A stretch of 64,000 nt of DNA from Stegostoma tigrinum. Lineage: Eukaryota. Under the pieces are notes generated by a model. That model was not told the DNA's origin and ran no database searches. It worked only from the letters and a program-made list of their open reading frames with translations. This document shows positions 1 to 12,379 of the stretch, in pieces (positions within the stretch are counted from its first letter, which is position 1; every line of letters starts with the position of its first letter). The stretch covers positions 4,464,001-4,528,000 of the forward strand of contig NC_081397.1 in assembly GCF_030684315.1 (NCBI RefSeq), read 5' to 3'. The position numbers and the translations under genes are program-made.

Positions 1-237
1 TTGGTCATTACCAGACTGTCAAACCTTAATTATTACCGAGGTGATTTCAACAACCCTGAATATATCGCAATTGAAATAGGAAATATACTCAAGTTGTTGA
101 GTTGTTTCCTGAACCCATGCATTTATGCAATCACCCAGAACAAATTCAGAGAAGAGCTTAAGACTGTGGTGAACTCTCCATGGAAACAAATTCTCAGATT
201 AGTTGAAAAACATGGTCATGAAATAAATCTAATTTAG
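1..237 (+). CDS. 3' end (TM7 + helix 8) of a class A GPCR, GPR139/GPR142-like orphan receptor type expanded in sharks; 5' part lies outside the window
   Basis: ORF open from base 1 to TAG at 235-237 encodes ...LKLLSCFLNPCIYAITQNKFREELK...; NPxxY motif (NPCIY) followed by an F(R/K)xxL helix 8. Family assignment is by recollection, not by search. Confidence 0.8.
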   Translation: MVITRLSNLNYYRGDFNNPEYIAIEIGNILKLLSCFLNPCIYAITQNKFREELKTVVNSPWKQILRLVEKHGHEINLI

Positions 238-495
238 GTGAAATTCTTTATGACTGAGACTTAATTTCACATCGTTTTCCACAAAGGAATTTCCTTCATC
301 CCCCGAGCTGCAAAAAAATGCTTTATACAAACATATCTGATATTTTCCATTGGACATTTTATGCGTGTGTTACTTTCTGTTATTTATGACCTTTTGTTTA
401 AATTTTGCAGAGAGCATTTCCATTTTAAGGTAACATGTTCAAAATCAGGGACTAATTTTAAAAGAAGAGGCTTTAGCAATGGCGTTTAATATGAA

Positions 496-501
496 AATAA
501 A
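496..501 (+). promoter_or_regulatory. Candidate polyadenylation signal of the GPCR
   Basis: AATAAA about 260 nt after the stop codon. Confidence 0.35.
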
Positions 502-1685
502 TGAACCTATTAGAGATACTGAGATCAAATGTGCCAGTTTATAACCGTGGTCACGTTTATTACTGTCTAGAAACCAATCAAAAACTAGGGCTGGTTCAAA
601 CTTGGAAACTGCAAGTTGTGTGTCAATATTGCACGAAAGGGATCTGAGTCGCCGACAAAATTACACATTGAAACGTCATACACGAACCTTCAAGAAAGGT
701 AAAACAAACTGCAAAGAACATGTCCTTTTCTTGCTAAGAGGCAGCAAGAATTGCAGGTGCTGGAGTTAGAGACAACAGTGTGGAGCTGGAGGAACACAGC
801 AGGGCAGGCAGCAGCAGAGGCCCAGGAAGTTAATGCTTCGGGTTGGGACAGTTCTTCAGAACTTTCTTGGAATCCTGGTTGCTGTATGATGCTGAATAAA
901 AGTTAGTTCATTGAACAGTCACAGCCAACAACATTTGTACATTCTGCTGAAGTGCACACTGCTGTGGTGGCTAGAACATTCATTTCTGGCTGCACTTACG
1001 AACCGTAGATTCAAGGAAATATCTCAAATAGGAGTGATCGGATCACGGCAATACGTTTTTTTCTTGCTTTCTCCCAAAACCCTTTCATCACTGCAGCCCT
1101 CAGAAATGTTTACATCTACTTCATGAATGTATTCAACGTTTTGAATTCAACTGCTTTCTGCACTGGAAACTCCACAGTCGCTGTTTGAAAACACTGTCAT
1201 CATCTAAGTCCCATACATCCTACCCAAAGTTGTAAGCCTGTGATCCATCATTCCAGTTCGCAGTCACATGGCTGAAAAACTCACCAGCTTGTTCTGTTCT
1301 CACCCAGAAAACCAAACATTCATCTCTCCATCCTAACATTTCGATTTGATTCAGCAGGAGGACTTTTGAGTCAGGTCCTAACCAAAATATTTAATGCCCA
1401 CACATTGTTGCTCCACTGAAATTATCGTGTGCCATCTTATTTAACGGTTGGTGTTCTTGTAGAAACACCAAATGTGCTAATGCAGGGACTCGTGTTGGAG
1501 AAAGGCAGTTGGGGTTGCTTACACACGTTTTCATGCAGATACATTGTCAGTGCACGCCTTCTCTCAGTTGATTAGAGCAGGATCACGTGTCTACACCATG
1601 GAGTCATGGAATCATACCACACAGAAACAGCATCTTCTGTCCAACCAGTCCATGTCGAACATAATCCAAACCTAAACTAGTCCCA

Positions 1686-1816
1686 GAGATAATGGGAACT
1701 GCAGATGCTGGAGAATCCAAGACAACAAAATGTGAGGCTGGATGATCACAGCAGGCCAAGCAGCATCTGAGATGCTGCTTGTCCTGCTGTGTTCATCCAG
1801 CCTCACATTTTGTTGT
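1686..1816. mobile_element. Fold-back Penelope-terminal-repeat mini-element with 14-bp target-site duplication, inserted in an older SINE/LINE tail
   Basis: CTAAACTAGTCCCA at 1672-1685 and 1817-1830; the insert is a near-perfect inverted repeat of the terminal sequence seen at 29.1, 35.6 and 51.0 kb. Confidence 0.85.
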
Positions 1817-2289
1817 CTAAACTAGTCCCACCTATCTGTTAGTTGCCTGTTTTCCTCCAAAAAATTATTTTTCATGTAATTATCTAAATGCCTTTTAAAC
1901 CTTCATTGAACAGATGTAGCCGACAATATCTGTAAATTATCCTAAAGAACACATAGAATATGATGCCAAAAACATCCAGTGATGAGAGCGCTTATGAACT
2001 GCAGTTTCAGGGAAACATCTAATGTAGGACTGATCAGATCAGCGCAGTACTCTTTTTCCGCATTCGCCCCACGCCCATTCATCCCATTCGCCCTCAGAAA
2101 TACACACAACTACTTCTTGAACGCATTGAATGTTTTGACCTCAATTTCTTTCTGTCCCAGTGAACTCAACATGAGCTGTTTTAAACCTTCCTCATCATCT
2201 CAGCCCTAAACGTCCCAGCTGATGTATTAGACAGTGAACCATAGTTCCAATTCACAGAAACATGATCAGCTTGTTATGTCCTCACCCCT

Positions 2290-3070
2290 TGTTGCAGACA
2301 GAAAGTGATAGTGCTGCCTTCTTTTACAGCTGCCATTCACATTATCTGTGCTCCTCATCATTTTATAAGCCTCTGTAAGGTCACCTTTCAGCCTTCCACA
2401 CTGCAGTGAAAAAGATTTCCAGCCGATCCGGTCTCTCATAACAGCTCAAATATTCCATTCCCCGCAGCATTCTCATTAATTTCAAACCTCTCCAGCTTGA
2501 TAATGTCCTTCCTTTAACTGGGCACGGTAAACTGTTCTCCAGGAAAGGCCTCTTCAAACCCGATCCAACCCCATGGTAACGTCCCAACTCCTTTACTCAA
2601 TGGTCTCAGCAACGAAGGCAAGACTGCTAAATGCATTCCCAAGCAACTTCTTATGTGATGCAAACTGCAAGGAATTAAGTCCCTGACTGCTTAAGAGTCT
2701 TTGTTCTACACTACCCAAAGCCCAACTTTTAATGACATTTTCCTTGCCGTTTTTTTTACAAACCTTGTGTGGACACCAATGAAACTCATTCTGCGACTCT
2801 TCAGAAATTTGACATAATTAATCAATCTTTGGAATCTTAACAAATCTTCTTCAATGTCCACATAAACTGCAATCAGGGTGTCATCCCCAAACTCACAAAC
2901 CGTTCCTCTTATACACTTACTAAAATCATTCAAAGAAACGACAAACAAAAGTGGTCCGTCACCGATCTGTTTGCTACACTGCTGGACATCGGTCCGCAGT
3001 CCAAAAATGAAACTGTCCACAATTCTCAATACGTTATCACTCACTGAGTAAAATTCTGAACACATCATAC
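2290..3070 (-). mobile_element. Degraded CR1-type LINE, RT 3' region
   Basis: Minus-strand remnants GPLLFVVSLND...CEFGDDT and ERPDRLEIF resemble CR1 ORF2 motifs (LGPLLF, KFADDT, ERLxRLGLF). Confidence 0.75.
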
Positions 3071-5309
3071 TTTGGGATAGTTCATAATGCTCCTATTAAA
3101 AATGGCAAGTTACATGTATTATCATCTCTCAAGCTAATCTTTCTTCCAGAAAATATATGATTCCAATGAGGGTTTGGGTACACTCTACCATACTGTTTCT
3201 TTCAATTATGAGGTTACTTTGAAAGAAGTGGGAGATGCCCAGAGTGAAAGGCCCAAAGGATGTTGGGTTTTGGTGTCCTATAAAAAATGAAAGGACCTAA
3301 TTGTGTTGCAGCATGTCATCTCATCGATCACTGATTACTGTGGGGGTTTAAATTTGTAAAAAAATGCTAACATGGGAGAAAGAATAGAAGAACCAAGAGA
3401 AGCACAGTGTTCAGAATGCACATTGAAGTGCAGACAAGAATTTCTGCAGTGATAAATGTTTCCTCTTATCAATGTATCGCTTTCAAGAAAAAAAAACTTT
3501 TGCTCCAAAAAGCGGAGGTAGCAAAGGAGAAATGGTGATCCGATTTTATGCGTGGTGGCCCTACTGCCACGACTAAAACGTTCAGACAATTATTTGACAC
3601 AAAGAAATAATATCACACCGAGAATTATGGGGCTACATTATGTGCTCACGTCAATAAGCATTTTGTGGATGGGGAGGAGGGGGCGGGGAAATTTAACATC
3701 GTGAGGATCTTGTACCATCAGCTCTTCGCAAATATCTCCAGAACGCAGTCTTCATCGAGTTGTGCTAATCAGACAAATGGAAGTCAGAACATTATAAGTG
3801 AAGGAAGACCCAGGGAAGAGTTATCTCACAAAACAATTAGCACACAAGATACAGGAATGGAAGTGGGATTGTTTGGCTCATCCAGTTTCCTCCATTAATC
3901 GATCATGGCTGATATGTTTCTCTATTCCATTAGTCTACCTTCTCCTGGTAAGGCCTGAATCATTTGCTGGTCTGCAAATTAACATAATCTACCTTTACTT
4001 TAAAAGAAATCTCACAGATACTCAAAAACTGAAATGTTTAATGCAACTCTTACTGCACAGAGCAAACGAAATGAGGCCTCTCAAGTCAGCAAGTTAAGCC
4101 TGACCACGCAATTTGGCTCTGGCGAAGTTGAATTCTACAACAAGATTCTGGCCTCAGAGTTTATGGTGTGAAACTTTATGGTTTATGATAATGATCCCTT
4201 CAAAATTCCGTCCACTTTTCTGATGTCTCCAGATGGGACAGCAAGTCTGGCACCTGCGTTCACGTCAGAAGTAGCTCCCCTGTTTTATTTTACATTCGGC
4301 ATGAAGTGTGTGTTTGAAGCACAGCTTTTGCTGAAATTAACCCCTTTACCTCAGGACTTTCCTTCTACAGATTTTTTTTAAAACTTTCTGCCACGAGGCA
4401 GCATGGTATCAAAATGAGGAAGGGTCACCGGACCCAAAAATGTTATCTTTTTTTCCTTTCCAGATGTTGCCAGATCTGTTGAGGTTTTCCACCAACTTTG
4501 TTTTTGTTCCGTTATTAAGTATTATCCCCTCTCTCCCAGCAAACAGCATGCCTGTGCTAATCACAGAAATAGCCAATTGTTTTCAACGCTTGTACAACAC
4601 TTTGTCCTTTTCCCTTAACTCTTTTGAAAAAAAAACAGCACAGAGGCTGGGTTCCATCATCAGGCACCCTTCATTTACCAGAGCACACTTTCGGCCAGCC
4701 CGGAGACAATTCTCGAGATTCTAATCGTCTGGTTATTTTGGCCAGACAATGCTGTCCTGATTGGGCAAGGTCAATAACCCCTCACGGCCTTCGTAGTTCA
4801 AGTGCTCGACCTGGTCCCAATTATGACAGGTTTACCTTGAAAAGAGTTGCTTTAGAAATTTACCACAATCTGTCCTTAGTTTGGCTGTATATTAAGAAAT
4901 TTCACACACAATTACTGAGACAATTAACTTAAATTCTATTGCATATCGCAACAAAGTTGAGGCTACTCAAGTCACCAAGTTAGGCCTCACAACCCAATGT
5001 GGCTTTGAACTAATTCATAGTGAATATTCGCTATGATTCCAACCAACAGTGTCTGTCTCTTAGTGCCCATAGATAGATGCTTGTGAAGTGTTGTTCTCCA
5101 GGGTTCTCCTGTCAAAAAGCTCTGGATTGAACTATGACACAGATTTCTGTCCTTCAGGTTTGTGGAGGTATGTTATTGATGGACATGTTGAGTATTTCGT
5201 TCAAACTATTAATTACTATTTCAGTCTTCATAAATCTGCAATTTACTACCTCATCAGATGAAATGCCCCATCTCCTTTACACTTTTATTTATTTGTAGTA
5301 TGTGTGCAT

Positions 5310-6410
5310 TATTTATTTCTGACCCATCCCAAGCTGCCCTTGGTAAAGTGATGGTGTGCTACCTTCTTGAGCAGCTGCTCTCCCCACAATGGCATTGGGA
5401 AGGGCATTCCAGGATTCTGATGCAGTGAACGCGAAAGATCGGTGAAATATTTCCATGTCAGGATGCTGAGTGGCTTGGGGAGGAACTTGAAGATGGTGGT
5501 GTTCGATTGCATTTGCTGCCCTTGTCCCACAAATGTGAAAATGGTCATGGGTTTGGAATATGCTCGCTGAGGATCTTTGGTGAATTTCTGAAGTGCATCT
5601 TGAAGATGGTATTCAGTACTGTGACTCAGTGTTGGTGGGGGAGGCCGGGGCTGCATGTGGATGTAGTGCCAGTTAAACAGAAGCTTTGTCCTGAATGCTG
5701 TCTCACTTCCTGAGTGCCGTTGGAGCTGTACCCGGAAAAGAGAAGGGTTCCCCATCTGACTCGTGACTTGTGCATTGCAGTTGCTGGAGAGGGATTGAGG
5801 AGTCAGGAGGTGATTTCATGGTCACAGTATTCCAAACCACTCATGGGGATTGTGTGGCCGTCCTATTCATATGGCAATTTCAGTTCAGTTTCTGTTCAAT
5901 GGTGAACACCAAGGTGTCGATAATAGGTGATTCAGTGACAGTAACTTCGTTGAATATCAACCAGTGATACTGAAATATTCTCTTATTGATGATAGTCATT
6001 GCTTATCCTTTGTGTTGTGTGAAGATAAATTGCCACTTGTCAGCCCAAGCCTGGATGTTGCCCAAAACTTGTTGCATTTGAACATGGACTGCTTTAGTAT
6101 CTCAGGTGTCATGAATGGGGCTGAACATTGTGCAGTCGTTGGTGAGCATCCCCACTTGTAATGGAGGGAAGGCCATTGATAAAGCCGCTGAAGATACAGG
6201 GCACTACCCTGAGGAACTCCACCAGAAATTCCCTGGAGCTGAAATGACTGATTTATACCAGCCTCAGTCAACTTCCAATTTACCAGCAAATATTCCGACT
6301 AGGGGAGAGTTTACACCCTGTTAACCCATTGATTCCAGTTTTGCCAGAGCTTCTTGATGCCACTCTCAGTGGAACGCAGCCTGACGTCAAGGGCTGTCAT
6401 TCTCACTTCA
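5310..6410 (-). mobile_element. Degraded non-LTR retrotransposon (CR1/L2 group), RT and 3' end
   Basis: ISGGVPQGSAL motif in ORF 5996-6289 and remnants of the DLxxIQAWADKWQ RT thumb. Confidence 0.75.
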
Positions 6411-7079
6411 GGTCACTTTCGGAATAAGACTGTATGCTGAATCACAGCTTCTTGCGAGTAACTCCTTATTTTTTTGCTTCAGGGCAATCATTTGTTCTTG
6501 TTGCATAAGGCTACCAGTTATCAAGCAAGTGTCGAGGTAATTTTGCTTACATATCTTGTACTCATTATTTGCAAGGTATGATAATTATTCTTAATCGCCA
6601 GTGCAATTTCCTGTCTTTGATCCTTTACTGGTTATTCCAGACAAGTAGTTCAATCCATAAACTCTTAGTACGTCTCTGAATTTTGTAGTATTACAGGCGC
6701 TACTATTTACTCACGGTTTAAATAGGATAAATAAATTTGAGTATAACTGGACATTTCACGGTATCTTGGTTTATTTCTGAGTTGATTTACTACACTATGT
6801 ACATTTTGAAAGTGCACCTTTTCATTATCTGTTACTGATATACATGAACTGTAATGAATCAATTAATTAGAGAAAAGTGAATGATAAATAAAACACAAAT
6901 GCAGTAATAAATAAACATGGTCAGAAGGTAAACAGATGAATAATCATGTCAATAAAGATAATAAAAACTATTACTGTGAAATAAGACAAATTCCTAGTTA
7001 TAAAATTAAAACTTCTGAACAGAACTAATTCCCATTTCAAGTGCTGCACATGTTGCTGACGTCAACGTTGAAACGTGAC

Positions 7080-8300
7080 AGAAATATACATCAAGTCCAC
7101 AAAACAAATGAGAGAAAACACAAAACCTTCTGACCGTGCATATATTACCTCCCCAATTTCAGATGCCATTGCAACAAGAACATTACTGCATTTTTTGACA
7201 GATCTTTCTTGATTCAGTGAGCATCAGACTGAAATTTAACTTGTAATCTGTATGCCTGTGTGAAAGTCTCTTTTATTTATTTCAAATATTCCTTTCATGT
7301 GGGGCTTCTGGACCGCATCGTTTTGCGAATTGTGAGAAGATATAATCATTTCTCTACAGAAGTCAGTGTCGACAAAAATAATAAATTATTTTTTCTTGTT
7401 CACCAATTCCATTATTCCTTGGCACATGGGCATTTGAGAGTCAATTCAAAATGTCGACTCAGTGATGGGACAAGACATGTTATGAAAAAAAATTATTAAG
7501 CCTTTTGACATACATTTAATTCCCTCACCTGTATATTCAACTCCACATTTTTTTTTCCTCTCTCCAGTGATATGTGAACCTTCAAGGGTACAGTCAAAAG
7601 TCTAATTACCGCTGGAATTGAAACTACATCTGGTTTGTCCAGTTGTGCACATTGGTTTGGGACAAATAATAATTTTATCAATCTCTTGGGATTCTCTCAT
7701 GGGTGTCCCTACAAAGTGTCCCCTTGTTCTCCTGCATAAGGAAACCTCCCTAACTCTCATACAGGTTGGACTTTGGATCACCCAAAAAATTCCAACTGTG
7801 GTAACATTTAATGGTTTGTCACCTGTACACATCAAATGTATCCCGAACCCATTCCATTCCTGCCAAAACACGGATTTTCAGTCTTCGCTTTTGTTAATCG
7901 CCTGAAATCACATCCATTTTATTTAATGTTCTGACCTGACCATAAACTTCAATATGATCATTTAGTCTGTCTAATATCCCTTTAAAGTGTGAAGTTATTT
8001 GAGTTAATTGATCACTTGTCGCATCATTGTCTATCCTATTCATGCAGGAACGGTGAACCGCATGTGTCTGCAGCATCTCCGATCAATCTTCTACATTCTC
8101 TGTTACATTCTTTCTCTCTGATTGTGTAAACCGCTTCATTGAACAATATCTTGATCAATTCGTTATAAATGTTAGGGAAATGTTCTGGACACCACGTTGG
8201 TAACTGAATACCTGAGAGATTCAAAACCACCGGCACCGATTCGTGCTGAACTTTCCGAACAATAAAAAACAATAAAACATATAAAAATAAAAACAATAAA
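7080..8300 (-). pseudogene. Frameshifted envelope/class I fusion glycoprotein-like gene, probably from an LTR retroelement or endogenous virus
   Basis: Stitched minus-strand frames: hydrophobic leader VLLFLFLYVLLFFIV, VPVVLNLSGIQLPTWCP, heptad-like DQLTQITSHFKGILDRLNDHIEV, Cys-rich IIICPKPMCTTGQTRCSFN..DCTLE..CGVEYTGEGIKCMSK..NMSCPI, and a late hydrophobic patch near 7.1 kb; N-glycosylation sequons NLS, NVT, NSS, NMS. Confidence 0.55.
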
Positions 8301-8729
8301 ACCCGCACTTCAAATAGCCATCCCTCCTTCGGGTCCTTCTTTTTCTGACAGGGCACTCCACAGGGTTTTCAGGCTCTTCCCGTGTAATAATGAGCGTGAT
8401 TTAAAACTCTGTGCAATTGTCAGCGAATTTGGACTTGATTTCCATTTTGCAAGTAAAATTAAACCATGAGAATGTGATGGCAGGGAACGGGGCAGGGAAG
8501 ATTCTCCCAACTCCACAGATCTGAACGCATCAACGTTTGATGAGTTCTGGAATTAGACACCTCATGATATACACAAGTACACAGGCTACAACTGGCTCTG
8601 CTGAAGGACTGGCTGAATACTTTGGCTCCTGTGTCCCTCACAAGACTGAGAGCGTCACGTCCGTATTAATATTGTGAACCCCCACCAAGCCACGGAGAGA
8701 CATTTGCTGATGTGTGACACATTACGTCA

Positions 8730-9260
8730 AGTGCGGATCTTTGTGTTTATTTTCGAGTTCCCAGTATGAATTGCTGACCTGCTGTCAATGCCCCGCTGCA
8801 AACTACAGCAGCTCCCCACATCATGCATGTGTTCACCCAAACTAAAGGCCCACTCCCTGCCATGGACAGGACCAGTGTCATCTACAAGATCCCCTGCAGA
8901 GACAGCGTGAAACACCACATCAGACAAACAGGAAGGAAACTAATAACAAGAGTGCATGAACACCAACTGGCTACAAAAGGCACGACCAGTACTCACTCAT
9001 CTCAATCCACATGGACAAGGAGAACCACAACTTCGACTGGGACAACACCAAGATCCTGGGACAGGCCAGGCAGAGGCAAGCGCCAGAATTCCTGGAAGCA
9101 TGGCACTCCACAAAGCAGGCTGTGAATAAACACACTGAACTCAATCCCACATGCATTCCGCTGCAGAAGAAACCTGGATGTGAGGCGATCCATTGCAACG
9201 GACCCCAGAGTTCAAAAGCCAGGCAGGCAAACCGACACTTCATCAGAGGCTGCATTGAGG
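8730..9260 (+). mobile_element. Penelope-like element (Poseidon-type), GIY-YIG endonuclease fragment
   Basis: SVIYKIPCRDSVKHHIRQTGRKLITRVHEH...HNFDWDNTKILGQ...EFLEAWHS (ORFs 8823-9125 and 9011-9385). Confidence 0.85.
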
Positions 9261-9528
9261 ATGCTTCTTTCATTTACTGTACACACAAAAAAAATACTTC
9301 CTCTGCACGTCATGGAGCAGACACCTCAGCACCTCTTTCACAACCCCCTCGTGAAGAGAAACCAAGCAGAAGAAATCACTCTTAAAGGCAAATATTTTCA
9401 TACATCTCTCTCTATCGCGCTCTCTTTGGACTCTATCAGCACCACTTCTCACCCCTCCCCTTCCCCACCATACCACCCCAAATCCAGTCTCCAGGATAAA
9501 TACCATTTATTCCTGACTGCTGTCAGTT

Positions 9529-9555
9529 GTGATGAAGAGTCACCAGACTCGAAAC
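9529..9555 (+). ncRNA. Degenerate minimal hammerhead ribozyme motif in a Penelope 3' repeat
   Basis: GTGATGA-A-GAGTC-ACCA-GACTC-GAAAC: perfect stem II; C3 mutated and no clear cleavage triplet. Confidence 0.5.
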
Positions 9556-9984
9556 AGGAAATCTGTTTTCTTCCTACAGATGGTGCCAGACCTGCTCAGT
9601 TTCGAGGGTTTACTTTAATAATTTTGAAGACAATTTGTGCTGGATAATTCACGGTTGATTTAGCCAGCAAATACACCAAAACAAAAAAGCTGAGCTTTCT
9701 CCACTGCTACTGCGGGGGTTCTGTCTGACTCCCTGCACTCTCATCCAGACATTGTACTATCTCTGAGTGCAGACAGAATCCAAAGTGCAGGACCAAGCTT
9801 ACGCTTCTGCCTCCTGGAACACAATTGCCAGATAATCGCCCCCTGATTGAGACACTGGCCTGCAGAGGTCAGACTTTATTACATCGTCACTGAGCTGCTG
9901 TTTCTTGACCTGCAGGCATTTGACATGACCTTGTCAAACCAGGTATTTAGAAATATAATGCCATGAATTCAGCAAGCTGCTTCA

Positions 9985-10940
9985 GAAAGAGAGGGAGACA
10001 GTAAGGAGGAGACAGGCTGATACACAGAGTGAGTCAGAGAGATAGAGAGAGAGGAAAAATAAAAAAAAATGCAAGACAAAGACACACAGAGAGGCAGTGA
10101 GACAGACAGAGTAGGGAGACAAATGGTGAAAGAAACAGTGTGTGTGTGAGAGACAGAGGGAGAGACAGAGACAGACAGGGAGGGGCAGAGGCAGACAGGT
10201 AGAAACAGTGTGAGAGGAAGAGAGGGAGACAGCGATTGAGACAGAGAGAATGATGTGTCTGTGAGAGACAAACAGAGAGACAGAGAGATATGTGTGAGAG
10301 AGAGAGGGAGTCAGTGAGTGAGAAATAGGTAGTGTGAGAGACACACCATGAGGAAGAAAGATTGTGAGAGAAAGAGAGTTTGAGGCAGGGCGAGACAGAA
10401 AGAAAGAGTCAGAGAGACAGTGAGACAGACATAGAGAGGGAAAGAACGAGAGACAGAGTGACAAGGAGAGAGCAATAGTGAGAAAGACGGTGAGAGAGAG
10501 AGAGAGGAGAGCGATACTGTGAGAGACAGAAAGAGAGGCAGCGAGTCAGACAGTAGACACAGAGAGACACAAAGAGGCGGAGACAAGGAGAGAGAGATTG
10601 ACAGAGAAACATGACAGAGAGGGAGAAAGTGCAAGAGGAACGGTGACAGAGAGAAAGAGAGCTCAACACAGACAATGAGAGACACAGAAAGAGGGAGAAT
10701 GACAGTGAGTGAGAGACACAGAGAGGAAATGAGCAAGGAGTAGGACAAAGAGTGAGACAGACGGAAAATGTGTGTGAGGTAGTCAGTAAATGAAAGATAC
10801 ACAGAGGGGGAGGCACTGAGACAGAAAGAATGAGAGAGAGACAAGAGAGCAAGAAAGAGGGAGGGAGAGTGGGAGAGAGAGAGATGGAGAGAGGAAGTGA
10901 GCAAACCGAATGGAGAAAAACAGCCAGACAGAGGCACAAG
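9985..10940. repeat. ~950-bp purine-rich compound (GA/GACA) low-complexity tract
   Basis: Continuous degenerate AG/GACA repeats. Confidence 0.95.
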
Positions 10941-11102
10941 AAAAATTCACTGACCTGAAACACCTTTTCTCTGAGCTAATTAATGACTCTGCCCTTGAGT
11001 CCTCAATTTATGTCACTCCCCATGTTGTCCTGACGTTTACATCTTGGCAAAACAATCTTCGTGGCCAAATGAAATACAACATGTCCATCCGTCTCTGAGG
11101 TC

Positions 11103-12375
11103 AACAGGCAGAGAATGCAAAGTGTAAAGCAATATTCAATTGTATTTGCATGTACCTTTGCTTCGTGCCCATTTGATGACTAAACTCTGGTGGCTGGTTC
11201 CAGACTGTCCTCAACTTGAGACATTTGTTCAGTATTCAACATTTCAAACATGTGTTTAATTACTTAAAATCTACTTTTTTTTAAATGAGGTAAATAGTTT
11301 CATGTGCAATGCTACTGCCATCTGACAAAATACTGTTAAGTTGAACTCTCCACTGGAAGCGTATCCTTCCCTCATAAGATCAGCAATACCATGCACTTTA
11401 CTGAAAGGCACAAACCATTTGAAATCTGGCAAGTGGACAACCTGACAGTGAAGCATTGCCTCACCACTGCTCCTGGTTCTGCGACAGTCTGTGCACTCTG
11501 TGCTTTGGATATCTTGCGTTTAATAGAAGATTTTAACAATTTCATCATTTGTAACAAATTAAATTCCAGTCATGAGCAGAAATCCAACAAAACCTAATCA
11601 TGGAACACAGGGGAAGGTAAAGATTGTTGTCATTCAAAGGAAAAGATGTGTAAAGCTGAATTTGGGGGTGAGGGGGGACACCTTGCCCTGCAGTGGGAAT
11701 AAGCAGGCGATTTGAAAAACAGGTTACATGAAAACAATTTGTAGAAAGCTGACATTACACTTCAGGCCTGGAGATTCGGAACACTTTTGAATTCAGTAAA
11801 GTGGAATGAACAATATAATGTGTGAAGAGAGAAAACAGCACGAAATTAAACTAGGAATAGACATAAAAGCTTTCCCCTGTATTCCATGATTGGATGTTCT
11901 CGGACTTTTGATCATGATTAGAACATAAATTTGTCACAAATGATCAAACAATTAAAACCTTCCATTTAAAAGCAAGCTGTGCAGACACAGACTGTCCCAT
12001 TACCAGGGGCAGTGGTGAGGCAATGCTTCACTGTCTGGTTGTCCACTTCACAGATTTCAGGTGGAATGAGTCAAATCACATGACTGGTGATCTTATGAGG
12101 CAAGGACATTGCTTCAAGTAGAGAGATCAGCATAACAGCATTTATTCAGATGACATGCTTCTAACAGTTGCATTGCACGTGAAATTATTCACCTTGCCAC
12201 AAAAAGTTGAGGTTTTTGAAAACGTGTTGAATTTCTGGATGCTGAAGTACTGTCTCACCTTGAGGACAGTCTGGATCCAGCCGCCAGCAAATCATCATCA
12301 AATTAATCTGAAGCAAAGGAACATGCAAACGCAATCAAATGTTTTGTTTTGCACTTTGCATTCTATCCCTGTTGG
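11103..12375. repeat. Inverted repeat: ~400-bp arms (11103-11505 and 11975-12375) around a ~470-bp spacer
   Basis: GACAGTGAAGCATTGCCTCACCACTGC (11444-11470) is matched by GCAGTGGTGAGGCAATGCTTCACTGTC (12009-12035); CAGACTGTCCTCAA is matched by TTGAGGACAGTCTG. Confidence 0.9.
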
Positions 12376-12379
12376 TGTA

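Noticed and set aside
9969-10963. Leu/Ser-rich ORFs that look like membrane proteins
   Set aside because: Translation of a (TC)n-rich low-complexity tract.
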